From positions 1-43,518 of the forward strand of contig NW_021835078.1 of NCBI RefSeq assembly GCF_006345805.1: 43,518 nt of DNA, given 5' to 3'. Of this stretch, positions 28,551 to 40,638 are shown in pieces. The DNA comes from Octopus sinensis. Taxonomy: Eukaryota. Within the stretch, counting starts at the first letter, position 1; every line of letters starts with the position of its first letter. The position numbers and the translations under genes are program-made. The notes under the pieces were generated by a model. It worked only from the letters and a program-made list of their open reading frames with translations. It was not told the DNA's origin and made no database searches.

Positions 28551-28756
28551 CCACAGAATATCCCGTCATTAGAAGACGTAAGAGGGTTTGACAATTTCTT
28601 ACCGAACAACAACAAAGATTATTTGCTTATTGTGCTCAAACGTATACACACGTACAGGTGCACCGTGTGTCACATGTCAGATGACGAAATGATCGCAACG
28701 TCCGCTGTGGGAATCGAACACACGATCTTGCAATCGCGAGTGCTATGCGCCTTCAA

Positions 28757-28799
<43 letters not shown>

Positions 28800-28863
28800 A
28801 TATGTGTGTGTATTTGAAGGCGCATAGCTTAGTGGTTACTGAAACCAGACGCATGCATGTGTA

Positions 28864-28917
<54 letters not shown>

Positions 28918-29292
28918 GAGTGTGTATCTCTTTCTGTGTGCATATATATACATATATGGACACAGAAAGAGATACACACTCTTATAGATATAGATATCTA
29001 TCTATATATATATATATACACACACACATACACATGCGCGTCTCTGGCTTCCATGTAGACCCGTAAGCATGTGTGCTTTTGCAGGTGAATGGCTGTGTAT
29101 TTTTGCTTTAGAAATATGTATTCATAGTTTGTTTATGAATGCACATATTTATGCAGATTATTAATCGGTCCAGCAGTAGATTGATTTTTGATGTTTTGAC
29201 AATACAATGTCGGTCTGACTCTGTAGTAATTTTTTTTATTTATTCCTATACGTATGTGCCATATACATACATACATACATACATACATACAT

Positions 29293-29323
<31 letters not shown>

Positions 29324-29570
29324 TAAATATATATATTTAAATATACACATGGATGTATACACGTGTGTACATACAAACATATACATACATATATAAGCGC
29401 TAACAATATATATTCAGTCATTCTATTTGATGTATGTTGTTTTATATTATAATACCGTGTTTTGCTTATTTTATAAACTTCAGATGTAGGTATATGGATA
29501 CGTACGTTATATCATACATATATACATTCATATATATATACATATATGCTTCCATACATATATAGGCATA

Positions 29571-29627
<57 letters not shown>

Positions 29628-29640
29628 ATACATACATACA

Positions 29641-29719
29641 TAATACATACATACATACATGCATACATACATGCATACATACATACATACATACATACAT
29701 ACATACATACATACATACA

Positions 29720-29749
<30 letters not shown>
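29641..29749. repeat. (CATA)n microsatellite
   Basis: Directly visible. Confidence 0.95.
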
Positions 29750-29750
<1 letters not shown>

Positions 29751-30089
29751 TGCATCGTTGGAATTGGTAAACATGTCTAGGACATTATATATTTATGCAA
29801 ACTTCGTATAAATATATGGATGTATGTGTGTTTGGATATTCATTTTTAGCCACAAGCGAGACTTCGCCATGACCTCATCAATGCTGTAAACAAACTCTTT
29901 TTGTGTTTCTATTCTTTTTTAAGCATTTCTTTTATTCTTCCTTTCTCTGTGAAGTTTCGGTTATTGCGTTGCGGCGATGCTATGGTCTCTGCTCATGTGG
30001 CTCCGTCATACAGTAGAATCGATTCTGGAATTACATCGTATGTGTCCTAGAGAAGCAAACCTGTTAACTACTATGTGATCATAATGATG

Positions 30090-30151
<62 letters not shown>

Positions 30152-30260
30152 TTGCTTGTCTCAATTATTTGATTGTGTCCATGCCGGAGCACTGCCTTTT
30201 AGTCGAAGAAATCAACGCCTGGAATTATCTTTTGTTAGCCTGCTGCTCGTTCTATCATAT

Positions 30261-30312
<52 letters not shown>

Positions 30313-30325
30313 GAGAGAGAGAGAG

Positions 30326-30408
<83 letters not shown>

Positions 30409-30637
30409 GGGCGGCGAATTGGCAGGATCGTTAGCACGCCGGGCGAAATGCTTGGCGGTAATCTGTCTCCCATCAGCATCTGAATTCAAATTCCGCGGAT
30501 GCTGAGTTCGCCTTTCATCCTTTCGGAGTCAATTAAATATGTACCAGTAACGCGCTAAGGTTGATGCAATCGTCTCAATCCCTTTGCCTGTCTTGTTTAA
30601 CTCCTATATGTTTAGCTTGTTGTAAGCAATAAAGATA
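30409..30637 (+). mobile_element. Family-B SINE
   Basis: GGGCGGCGAATTGGCAGGATCGTTAGCACGCCGG...GAATTCAAATTCC. Confidence 0.85.
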
Positions 30638-30727
30638 TAATCGTTAGCCACTACACACACTTTTTTCTCTCTTTGTTTTCTCGCCTTGTTTTTCTCGCCT
30701 TTGTTTCTCTCCCTGTTTTCTGTGTCC

Positions 30728-30763
30728 CTTTCTGTAGAAGAGCGTAGACTTGAAACGTAAAAT
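30728..30763 (+). ncRNA. Decayed minimal hammerhead ribozyme motif
   Basis: CUUU-CUGUAGA-A-GAGC(GUAG)ACUU-GAAA-CGU-A-AAAU. Same layout as 6308, with A6U and stem mismatches. Confidence 0.5.
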
Positions 30764-30878
30764 ACTTTTTCTATTCCTGAGCATTATACTAATACATCTG
30801 TTTTTGTACACCACCTGTCTTCGTATTTTGCTTTTTTCGTAAACTCTCCCTATATATATATATGCATCCATGCATGCA

Positions 30879-30912
<34 letters not shown>

Positions 30913-31867
30913 CATACATACATACATACATACATACATAGAGACAGACAAGTAGATAGACAGATAAAGATTGTATTTTCGAACGTTTTAGTACCTACTT
31001 TCGAGATCTAGGTTAAGTATCGAAATACTTCCAGTCCATTTCAAGACACCCACATTAAACTGGTACTTCAATTCTATATTCCAGTGCAATATTCTTATAG
31101 CCATTTTATTGACACCCTACTTCGTCACATTCATATTCTTCCAATCATAGTAATTCTCACAACCATTTAATTCTATCCTACTTTCCCATCGCTACGTTCT
31201 CAAGATCAGTAGTTAAATATTTCATAACGTAACTATGTATTCTAGTGGTAAAACTATTAGGCCTTAACAGGTTAATAGGTTATTAATCAACCACTTTTGG
31301 TTTTGGATCACATACTTACATTAATCAGGCCAATTTTCACGCGTTGCATTTTGTTGCTTTCTCTGCTAGCAATATCTTTTATATAACAGTTGATTTTTCA
31401 CTCCTATAGTGTATTTAATTTGCCCACTTCGATAGTATACTTAATCTCCAAGTCTCTTCCCATACAATTTTAATCTAAGTGCTTCCATCTTGACACTAAT
31501 TTCCAGAAGTGCTACCATAAAACTTCATATTATATTGCTATGCTTATTAAGAAAGCACTAGTCGGTCTATACACTCTCATAGCTTCATTACATTTGTTAT
31601 ATACTAAGCTGTTTTCATTTTGATCTGAACATTATGAACCTGAACGTTTATCTCTTGCGTTCATAAGATATTTAAAAGCTTTTGAAATCACACTTTCCTA
31701 AAGTTAGCACTTTCTTTTGAAGAGACTCAAGAATAATTTGTGTACAAGAGAAAATAAAATTGATTGATTCTAGTCTTATGTCTGACAACGAGACAGCATC
31801 TAAGCTGGAAAGAACAGCGAAATATCTCTTAAATCACACAATATCGTCTTAAAAGACATTGAGTGAT

Positions 31868-32096
31868 TTAACCCTTTAGTGTTCAGATTATTCTGTTAAA
31901 TGTAATACTTTTTCACTCAAATTGTTTTGAATTAATCATGCATTATCTTATAGCTTTGAGGTTTCAATGATGTGAATGTTTATTCTTAGAATGTCACTGT
32001 AGGTTAGGTGTGAAAGGCTGGATATTGCCAGTTTGAATATAAAACATGTATAATATATTGGGCCAGATGTGGCCGGTTTAAACACTAAAGGGTTAA
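31868..32096. mobile_element. piggyBac-type MITE
   Basis: TTAA-CCCTTTAGTGTT...AACACTAAAGGG-TTAA: perfect 12-bp TIR with TTAA TSDs. Confidence 0.85.
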
Positions 32097-32684
32097 GACA
32101 ATGAAAATAATGCTTTAGATTATATTGACTTACATTTTCTTGGGGACATTTCAACCGAAATGCTTTGCAACAAGCTACACCAGATACCATTGTTCCTTGA
32201 CAGCTTTGGTATGTCTTCAGTTTCGTGTTGTTTGTATCTGCTAATAGCATTAAAGTAACTGAGCGGTCTTGGGCTTCTATCAAAGTACCGACGTCACCAA
32301 AATACAGTACTAAATATGTCTTGGTATTCAATACAGTATAATGGCCAGCAAAATGAATTATGTAGTAAGTAATAACAGTGGAAAGGTGTGGAATATAACA
32401 GCAAATCTCCTATTATTGGCTTGTTATAATGCCATAAGATTTTTGAGCCCTCATGTTGAGACTGGTGTATATGCCATCATAGAAGTCTTGAAGTTCTTTC
32501 TTTGTAACCAAGTTTTTCGATCCACCGTGAGGAATAATCTTTACACGCAGCCTGAAAGTCAATGTTTTTGGAAATTCCAAAATTCTGATTTCCAGGTGTT
32601 GTAAAGCTTGTTATAGGCATTACAGATTTGTAACTGACTAAATAAAGTTGGTATTTTCCACATATATATGTCTATGTAGTATAC

Positions 32685-32750
32685 GGGCATATGGCGTAGT
32701 GGTTAAGACCGCTGGCTACTAACCCCGAGATTCCGACTTCGATTCTAGCC
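32685..32750 (+). mobile_element. tRNA-like SINE head
   Basis: Consensus A box TGGCGTAGTGG (32692-32702) and imperfect B box ACTTCGATTCT (32736-32746), followed by (AAT)n. Confidence 0.75.
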
Positions 32751-32778
32751 ATAATAATAATAATATAATAATAATAAA

Positions 32779-34048
32779 ATATCCTTAACTGGACACGAAA
32801 TGAACTGTCCAAAATAGATAGGAAAACAAGAAAAATACTGACAGGATCTACGATGCATCACCCAAAATCTGACATAGAAAGACTATATATACAATGTATA
32901 GAAGGTGGTAGAGGCCTTATACAGCTGGAAAACTACTATAAAATAACCACCATAGGACTGCAAAAATACCTACTTCAGAAGGAAGGAAAACTGATCCAAA
33001 TAGCAGCAAAACACGAGCAAAACAAAAAACTGTTCTCAGTATTTAAGGAAGCTGACAAATACAAACAAGAAATCATACCACCCAATAAACACAAAGAAGA
33101 AGAAGAAGATGATGAAGAAACAACAAAAGCTATAAAACAAATGAAATCCAAACTAAAAAATAGAAGGCAGCAACGAGCCATGATAAAACGATGGCAAGAA
33201 AAGCCCCTTCATGGTAAATACTGCACTAAACTAAACGCAAAAGAAATAGACAAAGAAAAATCCCAGCAATGGTGAGAAGCTCAGGACTCAAAGCAGAAAA
33301 AGAGGGATTTTTAATTGCAGCACAAGACCAAAGCCTCCCCACCAGAAATTACCAAAAACATGTAATGAAAAGAAATATTACAAGTAACTGCAGAATATGT
33401 GGAGATGGACAAGAAACAATAAATCATATTATCTCTAGCTGCCCAGTCCTGGCTAAGAAGGAATATATTCACAGACATGACAGAGTTGGAACCTACATAC
33501 ATTGGAAGCTATGCCAACATTATGGAACAACAGAAAAAAGATGGTATAGGCACACACCAGAAAAGGTCACAGAAAACGAGAAAGCAACCATACTCTGGGA
33601 TATGCCGATACACACAGATAGAGAAATTAAGGCCAACAGACCAGATATAGTTGTCAGAGATCATGAAGACAAAAAATGCTTTCTAATTGATGTATCAATA
33701 CCGGCAGATGACAACGTGTCTCTAAAAGAAATGGAGAAACTCTCAAAATACAAAGACCTGGAAATAGAGGTAACTAGAATGTGGAACCTGAAAATAGAAA
33801 CAATTCCTATCATAGTAGGTGCATTAGGCATGATAAAAAAATATTCAGACAAAACATAACAAAAACACCAGGACTTACAAACACATATAACATACAGAAA
33901 ATTGCCATACTAGGCACTGCACACATCCTACGCAGAACACTTTCCATACAATAACCATCAGAGCATCACAACAAATCACAGACATATCCAAGGCACACAG
34001 AGCTGCGCTCGGTTAGTGAAGTGAAAGCACGCTATAAAAATAAAACTA

Positions 34049-34051
<3 letters not shown>
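32779..34051 (+). mobile_element. 5'-truncated R4/Dong-clade non-LTR retrotransposon
   Basis: WTRNELSKIDRKTRK...MHHPKSDIERLY...GGRGL; CCHC knuckle CRICGDGQETINHIISSC; RHD; RLE motif RPDIV...LIDVSIP; KYKDL; frameshifted end ILGTAHILRRTLSIQ* (33954). (TAA)n lies on both sides. Confidence 0.92.
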
Positions 34052-34105
<54 letters not shown>

Positions 34106-34197
34106 TAATAATAATATAATAATAATAATAATAATATAACAGCAACAACATCGAAAAATACCTTAGGAATAAGAACCCAGGTTCAAAATTACTCCAA

Positions 34198-34243
34198 GAC
34201 ACCTGATGAATGCTGGAGGGTATATCAGCTGAAACGTTGTGTT
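34198..34243 (+). ncRNA. Minimal type-I hammerhead ribozyme motif
   Basis: GACAC-CUGAUGA-AU-GCUG(GAGGGUAUAU)CAGC-U-GAAA-CGU-U-GUGUU: perfect core, 5-bp stem I and ACGU palindrome; the base of stem II is mismatched. Confidence 0.7.
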
Positions 34244-34920
34244 AAATACAAACAAGATGAGGACAAATATCCGCCAAATATAAATAATGTATATTTATAT
34301 ATATATATATATATATACAAGCACACACGGACATCACATAGACATACATATACATATGAATGCTTGATTGTATGTATGCATATATTTATATATATATGTG
34401 TGTGTGTGTCTGTGTGTGTGTGTATGTGTGTGTGTATGTGTGTATGTATGTGTGTGTGCATGTGCATATTTATATACCCAATGTGTTAAAATGCACAACG
34501 TACCATACGATCTAAGCCTTATGTAGAAGCCATGATAAATTCCATTCCACGTATAACGTATTCTATAAAATAGTAAAATTAAGGAGAGTGACCTTAATGT
34601 GGTAACAAGATTCACATCCAATTGAAATGAACAGAAATCACACGTTAATATTTCGAAAATAATCATTTCGCACGTTTTAACATTTTTCGGAACATAAACA
34701 TCAGATCAAAAATTATCCAGCTGATGTATATAGTCTGTAAATGATTATTGAAACATGTGTAATGAAATGTTCTGTATATACATTTAACTTATTGACAGTG
34801 CTTATTAACTCGACGTGTATCTGTATATGTGACTTTCTCTCTCTCACCCCTCTCTCTTTCTCTCTTTACCTCTCTCTCTCCGTTCGCATAGCTCTTTACG
34901 ATAATATTAAATTAATTAGG

Positions 34921-35400
34921 AAAGGCGGTGAGCTGGCAGAAACGTTAGCAGGACGGGCAGATTGCTTAGGGGTATTTTGTCTGCCGCTACGTTCTGAGTT
35001 CAAATTCCGCCGAGGTCGACTTTGCTTTCATCCTTTCGGGGTCGATTAAATAAGTACCAGTTACGCACTGGGGTCGATGTAATCGGCTTAATCCGTTTGT
35101 CCGTCCTTGTTTGTCCCCTCTGTGTTCAGCCCCTTGTGGGTAGTAAAGAAATAGGTATTTCCTCTGCCGCTACGATCTGAGTTCAAATTCCGCCGAGGTC
35201 GACTTTGCCTTTCATCCTTTCGGGTCGATTAAATAAGACCAGTTACACACTGGGGTCGATGTAATCGACTTATCGTTGTCTGTCCTTGTTTGCCTCTGGT
35301 TCAGCCCCTTGTGGGTAGTAAAGAAATAGGTATTTCCTCTGCCGCTACGATCTGAGTTCAAATTTCGCCGAGGTCGACTTTGCCTTTCATCCTTTCGGAA
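34921..35400 (+). mobile_element. Multimeric family-B SINE
   Basis: One full unit, then restarts at GGTATTT (35154 and 35329); period about 175 bp. Confidence 0.9.
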
Positions 35401-36337
35401 TAAATAAATATGTACAAATTATAATAATAATAATAACAATATACAATACAGCACTGTTTCTACTCCGCGGATTTTTACCTATCGTGGCTGGTTTTGGAAC
35501 GTAACATTCGCAATAGTCGAAAGATTGCTGTATACATTAATTCAGTTCCATTTCAAAAGAATTCTTTCCAATATAATTTATTGAAATTTGAACCCTTGAA
35601 CCCCTCCCCAAAAATACATACGCAAGACATATATGAGAGGTGACTCTAGAGTTACATTTCCTTATGCAAATGGGTGCAAATTGATAACCCCCATTATTTT
35701 CCCCTTTGACTTCCAAAAACCTCATTGCCAGTTAGCCTTTGCTGATGACTGCCACCGTGTTGATCATCAAATCATATCAGATATTATATTTTGGACAATT
35801 TCGTCCTCCTCTCACCCCGCCTCCAAAGAAAGTTGGTGACCACCATGCAACAACCATGCTGATATTAGCAGACACAAACAATATGAAAGAATGTAGCTAT
35901 AAAAGCTAGAGACGGACAGAGACTTCTTGCAGGGCATAGCGAAGCACCTTTCAGTTGTTTGTCATAAAAGACGAGAAATTATTTTGTTTTCTGTTTTTGG
36001 TCATTTGGGGGTGTGGAGTGGTGGGGTCAATAATAGAAGCACTAATTAGACGACATATCGTATTTTGAGAGGGTGCAATTTTAATGATGACATGTCATCG
36101 TTTAAGTTAAAGAGGATTTTTTGCCGAGATAATTTACTTTATGAAAAACTAAATAGACGATGAGTATTTGTGTAAAGAAACAACTAACCATAATCCGGTA
36201 ATGAGATTATTGATGCTTTGTAACACAGGAGCTACTGAATGTGAAAAAAATTGATAAGAGAAATTATATTACATCCTCTCTGTGTGTGTGTGTGTGTGTA
36301 TGTGTGTGTGTGTGTGTGTGTGTTTGTGCGTGTGCGT

Positions 36338-36369
<32 letters not shown>

Positions 36370-36472
36370 TTGTGTGTGTGTTTGGGGAGAGAGAGAGAGA
36401 AGGAGAGATAGAGATATAAATGTTTGTGTTTTGTGTTTACTTTGTAATTGTTAGAATATTTATACGTGCAAT

Positions 36473-36690
36473 AAGGCGGTGAGCTGCTTGAAAGGTTAGC
36501 ACGGCGGTCTTAGCGGTGTTTTGTCTGTCTTTACATTCTTAGTTCAAATTCCGCCGAGTCAACTTTGCCTTTCATCCTTTCGATGTCGATAAATTAAGTA
36601 CAAGTTGCGTACTGGGGGGGGGGTCGATCTAATCGACTGGCCCCCTACCCAAAAATATCGGGCCTTGTACCTAGAGTAGAAAAGATTATT
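36473..36690 (+). mobile_element. Family-B SINE
   Basis: AAGGCGGTGAGCTGC...AGTTCAAATTCCGCC...AGTAGAAAAGATTATT. Confidence 0.85.
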
Positions 36691-36728
36691 TTATATTACA
36701 GTTGATCATAGAGAAGTTGTTAGATTTA

Positions 36729-36942
36729 TATCGGAAGTAAAGAAGGCTAATTGCTGGCTGAACAGTTAAAATGTCGGGCAAAATGCTTAGTGGCATTTTG
36801 TCCGTTTTTACATTCTGAGTTCAAATACCACTGAGGACGACTGTACCTTTCGTCCTTCCGGGTCGATAAAATAAGCACTTGTTGTGCATTGGGATTGATC
36901 TGAAATTACTGCTAAAATTTGAAACAAGTATCGGAAGTAAAG
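36729..36942 (+). mobile_element. Degenerate family-B SINE with 14-bp TSD
   Basis: TATCGGAAGTAAAG at 36729-36742 and 36929-36942. Confidence 0.8.
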
Positions 36943-37482
36943 TGGAAGCAAGTTTTGAGGCTTACAGGACATATTTCTGCGTATGAAGCCAACTTAGATG
37001 AACCCTGTAAAAACTTCCTGGTAAAACACCAGAAGAAATGACGGCATTTAGAAGGCGGATGCACAAAGTAATCTTTGATTTTCAGAGACCAGATTTGCAG
37101 CAGTTACTCTGACAGTCGGCTTAGATGTGTGAGCAGTTTTTAAGTAATGTAAACTGTGTTTTCTGCCTATGTGCTACAGCCCAATTGGTGCTAAGTGATT
37201 TAACCGCGAACGAAATGTAAATGAACCCGCTTGACAGGATTCTATTAGTTATTTATTCAGCTTGTACAGATGTTTCAATGAGGAAGTTCAATTGTTGCTA
37301 GAGATGGCAAGTAGATATTTTGAATTAACATAAGTTTTTATGGAAGTAAAAACTGTCTGGATGTCTGGCATGTGCACATCTTCAGAGAGTTATCAGAAAA
37401 TGCAATAAATGTAGAAAGACTGGTGACTTGGTAAAGACTAGCTGTGCCGGTAATAAACAGTTCGAGAACGTTTAGTATATGT

Positions 37483-37753
37483 ACGTGTCTATAAGTGGAG
37501 GCGCGTGGCTTAGTGGTTAGGGTGTTAGCATCATGATCGTAAGATTGTGGTTTCGATTCCTGGACCGGGCGATGCGTCGTGTTCTTGAGCAAAACACTTC
37601 ATTTCACGTTGCTCCAGTCCAGTCACCTGCCAAAAATGAGTAATGTTGCGATGGACTGGCGTCCCGTCCAGCTGGGGAACTTACATAGAAACCGGGAAAC
37701 CGGGACCTTGAGCCTGGCTAGGCTTTAAAAGGGCGAAAAAAAAACGTGTCTAT
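37483..37753 (+). mobile_element. Family-C tRNA-SINE with 10-bp TSD
   Basis: Head GTGGAGGCGCGTGGCTTAGTGG...TTCGATTCC, core TTCTTGAGCAAAACACTT, A tail; TSD ACGTGTCTAT at 37483-37492 and 37744-37753. Confidence 0.88.
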
Positions 37754-38530
37754 CAAAAATATGCCTTCGTAATGATTCAAATTGTTACACAATGTTCTGG
37801 ATGTAAGACCTTTAACTTCTTCTCAAGCAGAACCGATATGATTGAGGTTGGAAAGCCAAAGGAATTTTTTTATCAATAAGGTCGCTGGTGTCCACGGTTC
37901 CAAAGCAAGGGTGAAGTGAGATAGATTTGCTCGAATTAATTGTTCGCAGTTGAGAAAAGCGAGAAAGGATAGAATTCGCTGATAAATTCTGCGATGTGGG
38001 GAGGAGGTATTTTCAGCGGAATGATAGCTAGTCTCTGTGCTAATGTTATCCGGCTGATTGAGTTGGGTGGCGAGCGTCGTAAGAAAACACTTGCCCAAGG
38101 TGCCACGCAGTGGGAATGAACCTGGAACTGTGTGGTACGTAAGCAAGCTACTTACCACACAGCCACTCCTGCGCCTAGTTTGATATGAATTTTTCTTCTG
38201 CATTACATGTATACAGAGATATCATCTTTCAGAGCAAACATTTATACGTTTTTCAGCAGATGCGATGTTCGAATACTGCAAACGACTTCATACATCTCAT
38301 ATATATACTCTTTTACTCTTTTACTTGTTTCATTTGACTGTGGCCATGCTAGAGCACCGCCTTTAGTCGAGCACATCGAACCCAGAACTTATTCTTTGTA
38401 AGCTTTGTACTTATTCTATCGGTCTCTTTTGCCGAAACGCTAATTTACAGTGACGTAAACACACCATCATCGGTTGTCAAGCGATGTTGGGGAGACAAAC
38501 ACAAACAAATAAACACACACACACACACAT

Positions 38531-38606
<76 letters not shown>

Positions 38607-38671
38607 GTGGTGCTATTAAGTTAGACATGGCCTGGACCAATCATTGGTCGAAACACATCTAAGTTTATCTA

Positions 38672-38707
<36 letters not shown>

Positions 38708-38790
38708 GGAGTAAACACATAAATGTGAAACAAGGTGGAAAAAAGAGTACTCAAATACCAGTGGTAGAGTAATAGCTTTATTTAAAGCAC

Positions 38791-38912
38791 CAGAAAATTC
38801 AACAAAACCTGTTACTCTGAGTTTCCGTTGCCGTTTATCGGACAGTTTTTGCCAAAACTGTCCGATGAACGGCAACGGGAAACTCAGAGTAACAGGTTTG
38901 TTGAATTTTCTG
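38791..38912. repeat. 59-bp-arm hairpin made of two inverted HHR-like modules
   Basis: 38791-38849 pairs with 38854-38912 around the loop TGCC. Confidence 0.95.
38858..38895 (+). ncRNA. Minimal hammerhead ribozyme motif (U4C variant)
   Basis: CUGU-CCGAUGA-A-CG(GCAA)CG-G-GAAA-CUC-A-GAG-U-A-ACAG: stem I CUGU/ACAG, GNRA-capped stem II, pseudo-palindromic stem III, GUA triplet. Confidence 0.6.
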
Positions 38913-39687
38913 CCCTAAATTAATTATATATATATATAATATATATATATACATATATACGATGGGGTGCTTTCAGTTTCCATCTACGAAATCCACTCAC
39001 AAAGCTTTGGTCGGCCCGAGGCATAGTAGAAAACACTTGCCCAATGTGCCACGTAGTGGGAATGAACTTGGAACTGTGTGGTACGTAAGCAAGCTACTTA
39101 CCACACAGCCACTCCTGCGCCTAGTTTGCTATGAGTTTTTCTTCTGCATTACATGTATACAGAGATATCATCTTTCAGAGCAAAGTTCGACTGTTCAGTG
39201 TAGACAAAATTACAGGAATCAGCTATACATAAGAGTTAAAATATCCATTTCCTCAAGAGCTTGGACGTATGGTGTACGTATTAGTATGCGGTATTGGGGG
39301 AGAGTTTTACTGTGGACTGAAATCCAATGTTTACAAAGAGGAGTGGCCGTTGTTCGACGGATTAGGCATTATTATTTCTGTATTCAATTTCATTTTGGCT
39401 ACTTCATTTGGTTTGGTCGTAAGAAGGGAAGGAGTCTACGATGACCGATATCCTTTGAAAGACTACTGTAATTATTATGTTGGTATCGATTGATCCTCAC
39501 ATTGAAATAGATTTTATTGATTTGATTCTAGGTTATTTTCCGTAGACAATACAATATTAAGTCATGTGCTTTGCTTGTTTCCGCTTGGTTAAATTACACT
39601 CATATATGTATATGTGTATTATATATATATTTATATATATGTATGTATGTATGTTTGTGTATGTGTTTAATATATGTATGAATATAT

Positions 39688-39729
<42 letters not shown>

Positions 39730-39833
39730 GCATGTATGATGGAGAGAAGGATACAGTTATATATATATGTGTATATATATATATATTTATATATTTATGT
39801 ATGTATGTTTTGTGTATGTGTTTAATATATGTA

Positions 39834-39901
<68 letters not shown>

Positions 39902-40047
39902 TGTATGAATGGAGAGAGGATACAGTTATATATATATCTGTAATATTATATCTGTGTGTGTGTGTGTGTAATATATATATACATACATATACATGCGTAT
40001 ATATACATGCATACATACATGCATACATACATACATACATACATACA

Positions 40048-40081
<34 letters not shown>

Positions 40082-40357
40082 CACACATACATATCCGGAA
40101 GGAACAGTAGCTAAAGGACAAATTTCTTTTTTACGATTTAAAATAACTGAATGTCAGATATTCGTTTGGTTTCGGGTGCAATTTATTTTGCAAAGAAGAA
40201 TCACAAAGCTTTGATTTGTCACAAATGGTACCTTCTAGTACGAATCAATGCGTGCAAGTATACTTCTGGATTTAGCAATGTGTGTATCCATCGTTCTATT
40301 TATGTATGTGTAAATACACACACACGCTCGAAACTCTACATATATACACACACAAAA

Positions 40358-40523
<166 letters not shown>

Positions 40524-40528
40524 GTAGG

Positions 40529-40638
<110 letters not shown>

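Larger units (their letters stand above)
38306..39122 (-). mobile_element. Family-A SINE interrupted in its (TA)n tract by other modules
   Basis: Tail at 38306-38500, head at 38960-39122; the inserts include the 38791-38912 hairpin. Confidence 0.8.

Noticed and set aside
34921-35400. Repeat array as CRISPR-like
   Set aside because: Eukaryotic context, ~175-bp SINE units, no unique spacers.
39640-39936. Tandem duplicate of a ~150-bp TA-rich unit
   Set aside because: The copies differ by single-base indels in low-complexity DNA, so a false duplication is likely unless reads confirm it.
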